A DNA stretch of 64,000 bases. Source: Octopus vulgaris. Its lineage: Eukaryota. A program made the translations under genes and the position numbers. This document shows, piece after piece, positions 12,995-25,377 of the stretch (positions within the stretch are counted from its first letter, which is position 1; each line of letters begins with the position of its first letter). The notes under the pieces were generated by a model, which did no database searches, was not told the origin of the DNA, and saw only the letters and a program-made list of their open reading frames with translations. Location of the stretch: assembly GCA_951406725.2 (NCBI GenBank), contig OX597822.1:68572001-68636000 (forward strand). Reading direction: 5' to 3'.

Positions 12995-13365
12995 TTATCT
13001 TTTACTTGTTTCAGACGGCGACCATGCTTGGGCACAGCCTTACGGAATTTTTAGTCGAATGACCCCAATACGTTTTTTTTTTTTCCTTTTAAGCCTGGTA
13101 CTTATTCTATCAGTCCTTTTGCCGAACCACAAAGTCACAGGGACATAAACAAACCAATACCGGTTGTCAAGCGGTGGTGGGAAACAAACACAGATACACA
13201 CATGACAGGCTTCTTTCAGTTTCCATCTACCAAATCCACTCGCAAGCCTTTGGTCATCCCAGGGCTTTAGAAGTAGACACTTGCCCAGAATGCCCCCACA
13301 GTTGGACTGAACCCAGAACCATGTGGTTTGGAAGAAAACTTCTTACCACACAGCCATGTCTACAC
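12995..13365 (-). mobile_element. SINE family A
   Basis: Consensus match. Confidence 0.85.
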
Positions 13366-13733
13366 CTTTGTGAGAAGATTTTAAAGAAAATTAAGTGATT
13401 CACACTCTGAATGATAAGTTATCAAATTTTAGCAGATAGGGGTCAAAGGGCATTAAAAAAAATAAAAAATATTTAGGAACAGCAACAGCATAATGTTATG
13501 ACCAACCACTCTTGTATAACTTGGTAACTAAATAATCTTCCTTTGACAACAACAATAAAAAAAATACAGGAAAACTTTAAAAAAAATAGTGACAAAATAT
13601 ATTTCTTACTGAGATTGTGAATGCCAAGAAAGAAATGGCAGACATGGTGATGTTCATGGATTATCTCACAACCCAGAACTAATATTTTTCCGCATTCATT
13701 TTATGGTTAGCAACAGTGAAGGAGACTCTACGC

Positions 13734-14068
13734 CAGGGCTGGTAACCTGAGGCCCATGGGCCGTATGCGGTCCGCAGACTTTTATCTTGCAGCCCACTTG
13801 ATATTTTCTTGAAATGGGTAACCTCTTTATTGTGTTTAATTTCAAAATAAAATTGTCCGGGTAAAACATTTGTTTTAAAAATAAATTTTAAATATATAAG
13901 TGGCAATTAAAGCATTAGCCTACAATTTTAAACAAACGAAAAGTATGGAAAATTCTTGATTCTGTAATTTGATTATTTGACTATTAGTGCATAAAGCATA
14001 CAAGCGACCCTCATAAAACTTTCAGTGATTAAAGTGGCCCGCAATGTAATTTGAGTTAACCAGGCCTG
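13734..14068. mobile_element. hAT (Charlie-like) MITE
   Basis: Termini CAGGGCTGGTAAC / GTTAACCAGGCCTG; 8-bp TSD CTCTACGC/CTCTAAGC; GGCCC subterminal motifs. Confidence 0.85.
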
Positions 14069-14179
14069 CTCTAAGCAAACTTAAGGCCTGCTAGAAATAG
14101 CAGCTAAGTTTCCCCTTAAATCATCTGCTACAGACTTTCAAAAAATAACACTTTGGATAATGTAGTTCTAAATAAAGTA

Positions 14180-14550
14180 TTATCTTTTACTTGTTTCTGT
14201 TGTTGGACTGTGACCATGCTGGAGCACTGCCTTATTTGCTTTTTACTCAAACAGATCATCTCCAGCACTTGTTTTTATTTTTTCTCATTGTAAGTCTGTT
14301 ACTCATTGTATCAGTCACTTTTGCCGAACAGCTAAGTTATGGATGACATATGTAAATCAACACTGGTTACCAAGTGATGGTGAACAAACACACATACATA
14401 TACATTTACACAGGCACACACACACACGATGGACTTCTACAAAGATTCTGTCTACCAGACTTACAAGACATTGGTCAATCCAGGGCCATGGCAGAAGATA
14501 CTTGCTTAAGCTGTCATGCAGTGAAACTGAGCTTCTTGATCACAATATTT
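14180..14550 (-). mobile_element. SINE family A (diverged)
   Basis: Consensus match. Confidence 0.75.
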
Positions 14551-15149
14551 GACAAACAGAGCCTCAAGTTTTCACCAAATACATATTTGCAATTGACTTC
14601 CTTATTTATTTAACAGTTGCACAATTACATCGAGCCATTTCTTAATCAGACGCAATTGCTAACAACAGTAATTTAATTTCTTTCCAAAGACAAAGATATT
14701 TATTTTGCTCTCATCATCATCATCATCATCATTATTATTATTTAATGTCCGTTGTCCATGCTGGCACAGGCTGGACAGTTTCTAAGTCTGGATGCCCTTC
14801 CTAACACCGATCACTGATAACTCAAATGTTCTACTCATATTCTGGTCTCAACAAAGACTCATTCGAAAATGGTATCCAGTTCAAATATTTTATTTCTTTC
14901 AAAGAAAACATTCTAAATATACAGTGCTTCCCACAACACCCTCTTGATACTTGTTGTGCTGCCGCCTTGTGAGCTTACAATGGACCCCAAGGGGGTGCGA
15001 CTGTCCATGTTAAGAATTAGCAATAGAATATTTTACAGTCATTCAACTGGTTAATTTAAAAAGGGAGAAAAAAACAGTATCAAGACAGTACCAAGAATTG
15101 GTCCTTAAAAATTCCTTGAGTATTCCACATTGTAGATCACCTCTTGTTT

Positions 15150-15357
15150 TTTTACTCTAGGCACAAGGCCCGAAATTTTGGGTGAGGGGGTGGGGGAAGT
15201 CGATTAGATCGACCCCAGTACGCAACTGGTACTTAATTTATCAACCCCGAAAGGATGAAAGGCAAAGTGGACCTCGGCGGAATTTGAACTCAGAACGTAA
15301 AGATGGATGAAATACTGTTAAGCATTTCGTCCGGCGTGTTAACGTTTCTGCCAGCTA
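15150..15357 (-). mobile_element. SINE family B, well-preserved copy
   Basis: Consensus match with CpGs retained. Confidence 0.9.
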
Positions 15358-16055
15358 AACCTTAATCTATCTTATAAGAAAACCTTCTTCTGTCTTTCTA
15401 AGAACTGCCTACCCTCTCTCTCTTTCTCTTTAATTTCATTCAGAAGAGGTAACCATAATCCAAGGCTATAAAAAAATGACACAGGCCCAAGATGTCATGC
15501 ACAGTATGTGTGTATATGCATGCATGAACCTCAACACACTCCTTCTTGACACTATGTCATATATATTCTTATACAACAATGTTACAGTTGAGTGGTTTGT
15601 CATATAAATAAGGCAACTTGGCTGTAAAATACCTGTTTGAGCTATTTTTGTAGATCTTCTCCAGTTTTATTTTCATTGTTTTTTTTTATAGATTTAAATT
15701 TTTGCTTTTGTAAGACACCCAAACCATAACTATAGTAGAAGAAATGACTAACAAAATTGAATTGAATAGAGAAGGTTCTAGTGACACTGAGTTAGTTATA
15801 AATCTGTACAGTTGGCACAGAATAGATTGTTGTCATCATCTTCATCATCATCATTGTCATAAGGAGGCTAATCAGCAGTGTTGTTCTATAGCATTTTATA
15901 GAATGCTTGGCAGTATTTGTCTGTTTTTTTCTTTTCTTTTTTGGGTGGGTGGGGAGGGAGAGAGAATTCTACACCATTCTTCATCCAAAGTTCAAATCCT
16001 TCACATGAAAGGGCTGTAATCATCATCATCCCTATTTCATGTTGGTATGGATTAA

Positions 16056-16278
16056 CTCTTTTGTTACCACATTTATTTTGAGATGCCCTGTGTTTCTTTC
16101 AATTAATTTTAAATATAACAAAGAATTTAGTAAAATAACTTAGTTATCATTAAGCTGGTGTTAGGAACATAAATTGTGGACTAAGGTTTGGTGTAAGATT
16201 TTAATTGAAAACTTAAGGAAAACAAGACATCCGTACTCAGAGCCAGAGTCGGTTTCAGCTGGGTTGGTAACGAAAGGG
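16056..16278 (+). mobile_element. piggyBac-type MITE family F
   Basis: TTAA on both sides (16052-55, 16279-82); ends ..GAAAGGG; interrupts a family E tail. Confidence 0.85.
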
Positions 16279-17009
16279 TTAAATGGTTTGACAGGATCTG
16301 AAGGGCCCAAGGACTGCATTTGCATTCCATCGAATACTTGCTTTGGCATGGTTTTGATTCTATGGCTAGATGCCTTCCTTATGCCAAAATCAGCTATATG
16401 AAGAAAACAACAAAGGATGGCCCTAATTCTTTCACTACCATTCTCTCAATGCTACATGAAAGAAAGAAGAAATAATGGTTGGAACCACCAGCCACCACAT
16501 CCTATTGGCATATCAAGATGGAATTGGTCCTTACAAATTTCGAAAGACACCTCTTATTGGAAAACCTTACTCAAGAACATGCCAAATGATGTAGTCCTAG
16601 ATTCACATATGTTTGAAAGAAACAAAAGGTGAGATGCTCACAGCTGGAACACACCTTTGATTAGAGGTATTCCAGATTCGGACTGATGGATCTGTGTGTG
16701 GGGCGAGGGATGTGAGCTTGATGGTAACAACAACAACAACAACAATAGCAAAGAGAAATATACCATAATTAAAGGCACATCAAACACAGCCCAATTTCAG
16801 GAAAAGGTTTTGAGTGCATTCATCATCATTCAACGTCTGCTTTCCATGCTGGCATGGGTTGGACAGTTTGACCGACTGGTACTGGCATTGGCCACGTTCG
16901 GACGGTGCTTTTTATGTGCCACCGGCATGGGAGCCATTCAGACAGGCCTGGCATAATATATAATACAAGCAGGCCCAACTTTGTAGATAGGAACCGAATT
17001 TCAGGATGA

Positions 17010-17233
17010 TTTATTCTTTCACTTGCTTCAGTCATTTCACTGTGGCCATGCTGGAGCACTGCCTTTCGTCGAGCAAATCGGCTCCAGGACTTGTTCTTTG
17101 TAAGTCTAGTACTTATTCTATCGGTCTCTCTTGCTGAACCGCTATGTTACGGGAACGTAACACACAAGCATCGGTTATCTAGCTATGTTGGGAGGACAAA
17201 CACAAACACACAAACGTATACACACAGATACAG

Positions 17234-17278
<45 letters not shown>

Positions 17279-17770
17279 AGAGGTAATGGTGTTATATATA
17301 TATATAAGAGGTAATGGTGTCATTGAGACCCAAAGGTGTCAGGTAATGCTGAATAAGTGCTATAGACAGACCATAGTTAAGTTCCAGGTTTAGTTATTTT
17401 GCGAATATGGGGTTCAATGTTGGTCGTATGTCAGTGTGTGTATATAAGAATTTTTCGGTAATGAGATAAAAAAACCAAGGCTGTATAGATATTAGAACAT
17501 TTATAGATAGAAGGTCTAGACCGTCTACCTATAAATGTTCCATCTACACAGCCTTGGTTTTTTTTATCTCATTACGCAAGAAATTCTTATATATCTATAT
17601 CTATATATCTATATATATATACATATATACGATGGGCTTTTTTCAGTTTCCATCTACCAAATCCACTCACAAGGCTTTGGTTGGTCCGAGGCTATAGTAG
17701 AAGACACTTGCCCAAGGTGCCATGCAGTGGGACTGAGCCCAGAACCATGTGGTTCGTAAGCAAGCTACTT
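17010..17770 (-). mobile_element. SINE family A with ~330-bp insertion in its microsatellite
   Basis: Tail 17010-17220, head 17628-17770. Confidence 0.85.
17441..17593. repeat. Spacerless 153-bp palindrome
   Basis: Arms TATATAAGAATTT..TAATGAGATAAAAAAACCAAGGCTGT.. and ..ACAGCCTTGGTTTTTTTTATCTCATTA..AAATTCTTATATA centred on TCTAGA (17515-20). Confidence 0.9.
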
Positions 17771-19634
17771 TGTGAACATATTTCCGAAATATTTTCACAA
17801 AAAAAATTTTTTTTTTTTTATTTACATAATTAACCTATGAAAATTCTTTCATTCTTTCCAATTTTCTGAGACAAAAAGTGTCTTTATATGCCATCAAATG
17901 GAGTAAATCTTTTTTTTAAAAATGGCACATTTAGTTTCATTTCTAGATTCTCTGAGAGTATAAGAATTAAATTAACAAAAACGAAAACTGAAATCTTGAA
18001 AAACACACAAAAAAAGAAAAAAAGGAAAACAAAAAAAAAAGAGAGAGAATGAAAGAATTTTCATAGGTTAATATGTAAATATAAAAAAAAAAAAAATATT
18101 GCTTTTTGTGAACATATTTCAGAAATCAACCTGAAATTCAAGTCATGTATAAATAAAACAAATAAGTTTTTTGAACAGAAATTTGCAACAGCATGAAAGT
18201 GGGGGATGGGGTTGGGGGTTGGGGACATGTGAAAGGAGTAGAGCAAGGGGGTTTGGGAGGGTGGAGAAGGAACAAATGTAAGAAAGAACAAGATATAGCA
18301 TATGTGTGTGTGTGTGCTTGTTTTTCTTTACAACAACAACAACAACAACAACAAAAATGTATCTTCATTCTGAAAATATATATTGCCTTATTAAAAACGG
18401 ACTGTCCCACAATTAAGCAGCTTGAGTAAAATATATATATATATATATATATATAATATTCTTGTATTTGTTGCTTGTGTGTGTGTGTGTGTGTGTGTAT
18501 TAATACAGAAAGAAACTAAAAAAAATAAAATAAAAACGAACTTTAAAAAAAAGGTGGAATAACAAGAGAAATAGAGGAAAGAATCAGTTAAACAGACTTT
18601 ATTGTTTGACTGGCAGCAGGCTGAATGAGTTTTTTTTTTCTATCTTTCTTTCCTTCTTTCTTTTTATTTATTTATTTATTTCCCTATTCTTTATGTTTAA
18701 CTTTCTTTTTCTTCTATTTTTTTTTAATATATTCCCACCCCACCCACCCCCAATTTTTTTCTTTCTTTCCTTCTTTTTTTTGGTGGGGGGGGGGGAGAGA
18801 GAGAGAGAGAGAGAGAGAAATTCTCTATTGAAAACAAGGTAGCAACAAGTTTCACCTGGATGAATCTTGATAAAGAACAACAACAACAACAGCAAAAATA
18901 AAAAAAAAAAGATAAAATGACAATAATAAAAATAATAATAAAGAATATAGAAATATAGACAGAAAGAGGGTAGCAGATGGGGTGGAAGCTAAGGGGTGCT
19001 GTTTGAAGGCAATGAAATTTGCATGTAACTTTCCATTTTTTGATACTACAGTGTATGGATGTATACACACATATAAAGGTGTACATATATATATATATAT
19101 AGATAGATAGATGGATGATTTTATGTATATATATATATATATATGAGTTTACATGTTTGTGTGTTTTCTGTCACTGCCTTGTGATTCTCAACATTGTATT
19201 TGGGTCACATTATCTGTTGCTGGCTAGCATTGGTATGGAGTTTCTTTCTCTCTCACTTTTATGTTCTCCCACCACTCCTTAACCACCACCACCATTTCTC
19301 TCTTTCTTCCTTTCTCTCTCTCTCTCTCTCTCTTTCTTTTTTTCTTCTCACAGACAAAGAGAAACAAAAAAGGGTATATTTCACTTTAGTTCACTTCATT
19401 TTATTATTTATTCTTTAAATCACAGGTAAAATATAGACAGGTAAGAAAGGTAGGTAGGTAGGTAGAATACATAGGTAAGGGAGATATGTTAGTTGGGTCT
19501 GTGGGTTGGTTGGTTGGCTGGTTGGCTAGCTAAGTAGGTAAAATAAGAAATGGAGAATGGAAACAAAACAAAAACAAAAAAAAAAACGTCTATGAAGACA
19601 CATGAATGTGAATGAACATTTATAAGAATGAGAA

Positions 19635-20032
19635 TACTCTTTTACTTGCTTCACTCATTTGACTGCGGCCATGTTGGAGCATTGCCTTTAGTCGAGCAAA
19701 TCGACCCCAGGACTTATTCTTTGTAAGCCTAGTACCTATTCTATCAGTCTCTTTTGCCGAACCACTAAGTTACAGGGACGTAAACACATCACCATCAGTT
19801 GTCAAGCAATGTTGGGGGGACAAACACAGACACATAAACATACACACACACACATATACATATATATGATGGGCTTCTTTCAGTTTCCGTCTACCAAAAT
19901 ATACTCACAAGGCTTTGGTCGGCCCAAGGCTATAGTAGAAGACACTTGCCCAAGGTGCCACGCAGTGGGACTGAACCCACAGCCATGTGGTTGGTAAGCA
20001 AGCTACTTACCACACAATCACTAGTGCGCCTA
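19635..20032 (-). mobile_element. SINE family A, full length
   Basis: Consensus match. Confidence 0.9.
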
Positions 20033-20207
20033 TGAAAACAAAATGCTTTTGTTTTAGTAACATACTTGAAATAAATATGAAAATAAATGTGTTATTTTCT
20101 TTAAAATGACTAACTGCATTTGAAGGCAGAGAAAATGAATGTTTTCCAAAAAAAATGTCTCAAAATATTAGCCGTGATCCTTTATGTGAAGTTGAGCCTA
20201 TATCCAA

Positions 20208-20427
20208 TACTTTTGTTACTGTATTTATTTTGAGATGTTCTGTGTTTCTTTCAATTACTTTAAATATATCAAAGAATTTAGTAAAATAACTTAGTTATCA
20301 TTCAGCTAGTGTTAGGAACATAAATTGTGACTAAGGTTTGGTGGGGGATTTTAATTCAAAACTTATGAAAACAAGACATTTGTACTCAATGCCACAGCTG
20401 GTTTCAGCCAGGTTGGTAATGAAAAGG
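20208..20427 (+). mobile_element. piggyBac-type MITE family F
   Basis: Same sequence as 16056-16278; right end AGG+TTAA. Confidence 0.8.
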
Positions 20428-20519
20428 TTAATGAATTCATGAAAAATCTTTTATGCCTGAATGCATGCTACTGAAGTCAGGGTGTACCTAATATGCCCAT
20501 GTGTCTTTTATACCATCAA

Positions 20520-21394
20520 GTACAGTAATATGCTCTTCTTTCCGCCCAAAACGACAGCAAATTCCCAACCAATGGATCAAGGAATCATACAAAATCTTAA
20601 GCACCATTACAAAAAGCTCTTGCTGTCCCGCCGTCTCGAAGCCATGGATGAAGGAAACGAGTTTAAATTTACATTGCTCGACTCTCTGCACGTCGCTCGG
20701 CGTGCATGGGAGCAGGTCAGTGAATTGACAATTAAGAACTGTTTCGCGAAAGCCAAGTTTATTGAAGAGGAAATACAAATAGAGCCAGAGGATGCTGAGC
20801 TGCTCGAGATCTGGAAAGCTTTACCTCCTGAGGAAAGGACACATGAGAACGAAACAATTGAGCTGTTTGATTTTCTTAGAGCTGACGATCGCCTCGTAAC
20901 TGGAGGATCTTTCACTCTAGAAGAAATAGCAAAGGAGGTAATGCATAACGAAGAGCCGGTGGAAAGTGAAGACGACGAGGTAATTGTGGAAGAGGAATAC
21001 TTTTCGTTTGCAGATGCCCAGAGAGCATGGAGCACTATCCGAAAGTTTATGCAGCAGCAGAGCAGCGGAAAACCCAGCGTCATGCAGGCGTGTGATAGGC
21101 TAGACAACGAAATGAACGAAATCTGCCGAAAGAAGATGAGTCAGCCGATAATTTTTGAGAGCTTCGGGATTAACTAAAAGCAATCTGAACTTAATAAACT
21201 TGGATGTCTTCTTCTTACCATTGCATTGAACTTCTTATTGGCCTTACTTCCTACCCTATGAATTTTTATTTGTATGTTCAGTAAATTTTTGGTTATGTAG
21301 TGTTTAGATAACAGACCCTCAGTACTATGCCACTCTCGATACTATGCCACTTTGGCTCAGTCCCGCAGGGTGACATAGTAGCGAGAGTTGACTG
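20520..21394 (+). mobile_element. 5'-truncated Tigger/pogo DNA transposon
   Basis: Transposase C-terminus, AATAAA at ~21193, repeated TACTATGCCACT subterminal motifs, terminus ..GCGAGAGTTGACTG+TA. Confidence 0.9.
20529..21177 (+). pseudogene. Tigger/CENP-B-family (DDE_1) transposase C-terminal fragment
   Basis: FFPPKTTANSQPMDQGIIQNLKHHY, AWEQVSELTIKNCFAKA and acidic tail are typical; the HTH domains and first catalytic residues are absent. Confidence 0.9.
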
Positions 21395-21397
21395 TAT

Positions 21398-21585
21398 ATT
21401 CCCCACCTGAATGGGATGCTGGTCCATCGCAGGATTACTCATTTTTGCCAGCTGAGTGGACTGGAGCAACGTGAAAATGAAGTGTTTTGCTCAAGGATAC
21501 AATGCATCATCAGTCCAAGAATTGAAATCACAATCTTACAATCATGAGTTCAACACCCTAACCACTAAGCCATGTGCCTCCACAC
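21398..21585 (-). mobile_element. tRNA-headed SINE with V-domain-like segment
   Basis: CCTGCGATGGACCAGCATCCCATTCAGG on the minus strand; related copies at 30580-30815 and 58989-59230. Confidence 0.8.
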
Positions 21586-21600
21586 AGTAATAAATAAATT

Positions 21601-21632
<32 letters not shown>

Positions 21633-21785
21633 AGTGTGTATATAGATGTATATGTGTGTGTGTGTATATATATATATAGATGTATATGTGTATATATCTC
21701 TGTAAAAATTGGATACATTTACAGGCATACACAAATATGCACATATACATATGTGTGTGTGTAATTGTACACACACAAACACACA

Positions 21786-21967
21786 GCGTAATGGTTAAGA
21801 GCGTGGGCTACTAATCCCAAGATTCCGAGATCAATTCCAGGCAGGGCCTTCAATAAATAATAATAATAATAATAATATCAGCAAAACACCTTAGAAATGA
21901 GAACCCAGGGTTGGGTTCAAAATTCCACCAGGACACCTGATGAAGGTTGGAGAGTAAATCAGCCGAA
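21786..21967 (+). mobile_element. tRNA-headed element with hammerhead-like motif (copy 1, 3'-truncated)
   Basis: GCGTAATGGTTAAGAGCG head, (AAT)n, then GACAC-CTGATGA-A-GGTTG..CAGCC-GAA; homologous to 50742-51029. Confidence 0.7.
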
Positions 21968-21986
21968 TCTAAATCTTGCTGATCTT

Positions 21987-22022
<36 letters not shown>

Positions 22023-22075
22023 ATATATATATATATATACATATATATAAATATATATACATATATATATATATA

Positions 22076-22140
<65 letters not shown>

Positions 22141-22146
22141 CATATA

Positions 22147-22182
<36 letters not shown>
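21987..22182. repeat. (TA)n microsatellite
   Basis: Directly visible. Confidence 0.97.
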
Positions 22183-22185
<3 letters not shown>

Positions 22186-22562
22186 TCCCCTTCGGCCATG
22201 AATGACCATGGGATTGCACCTAGAAAGTTACCCGTTACCCTCCGAGGTACAAGTTTGGGCAAGGTTGTTTATGGAAGACCATCAGTTGCCCACGCATACC
22301 AGTCTTCCCTCTCCATGCACTGATGTTATCCAAGGGAAAGGCAAAGGCCGATACAACTTGGCACCAGTGACGCCACAACTCATTTATTAACGTGCAAGTG
22401 GCTGAGCACTCCACAGACACGTGTACCCTTAATGAAGTTCGAAGTTCTCGGGGAGATTCAGCATGGCACAGAGTGTGACAAGGCCGGCCCTTTGAAATAC
22501 AGGTACAACAGAAACAGGAAGAAGGAGTGAGAGAATGTTGTGGTGAAAGAGCACAGCAGGGA
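22183..22562 (-). mobile_element. Chimeric SINE: family C body joined to family D tail
   Basis: 22183-22385 matches family D (25378-25695); the right part matches the body seen at 5800-5860 and 44780-44830. Confidence 0.7.
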
Positions 22563-23086
22563 GAAGAAGGCAGGGAGAGAAAGAGTATGTGTGTATGTGT
22601 GTGTGTGTGTGTGCGTGTGCGTGAGAGAGAGAGAGAATAAATAACGAAACTGTTAAATGCAGATTTGTAGATCATCATCATCATCACTGAATGTCTGTTT
22701 TCCATGCTGGCATGGGTTGGACAGTTTGACAGGAACTGACAATCTGGTGAGCTAAACCAGATTCCATTGTCTATTTGACATGGTTTCTATGGCTCCATAA
22801 AACACCAAATGAATAAAAAGGAACAGGATGATTACACAGAGATTAGGTAGAATTTATTTCCAATTAACACAAAAAAGAACAAACATTTCTGTTTTAGAGG
22901 AGTTGGAACAAAACAATAAGTATAAGAATCTTTATTTTGAGTTGTATATGTCTGAGAGTGTAAATACGTTTGTGTGTATGTGTGTGTGCATGCGTAATCC
23001 AAGTCTTATGAAAGAAAGTGAATAGAGAAGTGGAAGGCTATCAGGTAGATGGACTATACCTGTAATTCATGTATAGTCCATTTAAG

Positions 23087-23413
23087 CAGGTCTGTGGAAT
23101 CAGAGTCAGAAACAATTAAAGGGTAGCTGGAATCAGAGTTGGAGGCAGTAAAACTATACCAACTCTGATTCCGACTCACAATGTCTTTATTCTTTAATAT
23201 AAACCAGTTATAACATACAGGCCTACTCAAAATACAAGCGTATACATATGCTTTATGAGATATGTAGACCAAAATCACTTAATTACATAAAGAGGAGTCG
23301 GAGTCGGAGTCAGAGGTGCCAATATTATAGGAGTCAAAGTCGGAGTCAGAGGTGCCAATGGTACAGGAGTCAGAGTTAGAGTCAAAGTTTATTGTTTCGA
23401 CTCCACAGCCCAG
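23087..23413 (-). mobile_element. hAT-type MITE (same family as 7901-8173)
   Basis: Exact 8-bp TSD CATTTAAG (23079-86, 23414-21). Confidence 0.92.
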
Positions 23414-24579
23414 CATTTAAGGCAGTATTTCACAGCTTGGTGCTCTTCCTGCTGTCCACCCTTATAGTCATATCTCTTAAAAACATGCAAAGATATGATG
23501 AACATATTAAAACATTGGGACACACAAAGTAAATATATAAATATGTGTGTATGTATATATAAATAAAAGAAGCAGATAAACAATTAAATATAATTAATAT
23601 AATTACATGGCATACAAATAAACAAAAGGCTTGTAGTAAAAATCTTAACAGCTGTTTCAGATAAACTAAAACTAGTACTACAACCATATATAGTATGCAG
23701 TAAAGATTCATAATATCACAGGTGTATGGAATACCATGAATTTTTATAGATCTGTGACATGGAATCATGTTACTCTCACCAGAAAATTCTACTTAATAGC
23801 TTGTTTTATGTGTGTGTGTAAGTGAATTTGTCTTTGTGTATGTATGTATGTATGTATGTATGTATGTATGTATGTATGTATACACACACACACATATACA
23901 TATACATTTATTACAATATAGTTTTGCTCTGGTAGCCTCCTTTTAACTATTTAGCCGGCTTAAACTTTGAAGTCATTGTCATCGTTATTCTTCTCGTAAA
24001 TATATAATAAATATGGACTTTACAAAAAGTATTGAGTAATCCTTCAGTTTATTGTTGTTAAATTGTTTTTATTACAAATCAATATAAAGACAAACACTAT
24101 ATACACACACACGCACACACATACATATATATATATATATGTATAGATATATGTGTGTATGTATATGTTTGTGTGTGTATATGTATGCATATGTACAGAT
24201 ACACACAGACGAATACATTTCTCTGTGTGGAGATATAATAATACCAATTCCTGTTCTTGTGTTTTCAAATAAAACTCGGGGATTGTCCACACTGTTTTTC
24301 ATACAATAAGTGGCACACATTCATTCATATCCCTTTATATTTCCATTTATATTCCAGTTCAATCTACAGAGGCAGCTAAACAGCTTTGCATTTCTATCAT
24401 GGAGGCAAGCCCAGAGGAAAATCTGAACTTAGAAAAGCAATCATCAATTTTGCAGTATTACTATCATTGCTGCTGCAGTTCACAGAATAAACTGATATTA
24501 TATATATATATATATATTTAAATAAATATGCTAGAAGTAGACCCAATATTGTCTTATTTATTTATATATATGTATATTC

Positions 24580-24935
24580 TTTTATCCTTTCACTTGTTTC
24601 AGTCATCTGACAGCGGCCATACTGGAGCCCTGCCTTGAAGGGTTTTAGCCAAAAGCATATTTTAAAAAAAACCCTAGTAGTTATTCTAATGGAATCTTTT
24701 GCTGAACTGCTAAGCTATGGGAACATAAACACACCAACACAAGTTGTCAGGTGGTGATAAGGGGACAAACACAAACACACACACACATATACATACACAC
24801 ACACACACATACACAATGGGCTTCTTTCAATTTCTGTCTACCAAATCAACTCACAAGGCTCTGGTTGGCCCGAGGATATAGTAGAAGACACTTGCCCAAG
24901 GTGCCATGCAGTGGGACTGAACCTGGAACCATGTG
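24580..24935 (-). mobile_element. SINE family A
   Basis: Consensus match, head truncated. Confidence 0.8.
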
Positions 24936-25377
24936 ATGCATGACAATTGTTCATACAGCTTCTCACCTGTAAGGTACTGGTGCATGATGGAGCAAATGAT
25001 CATAGTGGTTCTGTGTGTGTGTGTGTGTGTTCAAAATTTATATAGAAATACAATAAATGGAACAAACAGAAAACACACACATGGAATGTCACTGAATCCT
25101 CATCAGTTATCATCCAAAGGACCATAATGATCTCACGCCTTTAACAATAACTTGCTCCCCTTTGGTGGCATCAGTAACAAGAAGCTACTGAGAAATCGTG
25201 AGCAAACACACAAGGAACCAAACATGACAGACTGTGTGAACATACAAACAAAAATGAAATAAATATATTTTATACAAACAAAATGTTGCTCAAACACAAG
25301 ATGAATATATGGGTAACACACATGCACATTCATATATACCATATTTGCTTATGTAGATTTACCGCTATTTTATAATT

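Noticed and set aside
20461-21177. Domesticated TIGD/CENP-B-like host gene
   Set aside because: Lacks DNA-binding domains, the start codon comes from flanking DNA, and a transposon terminus with TA is retained.
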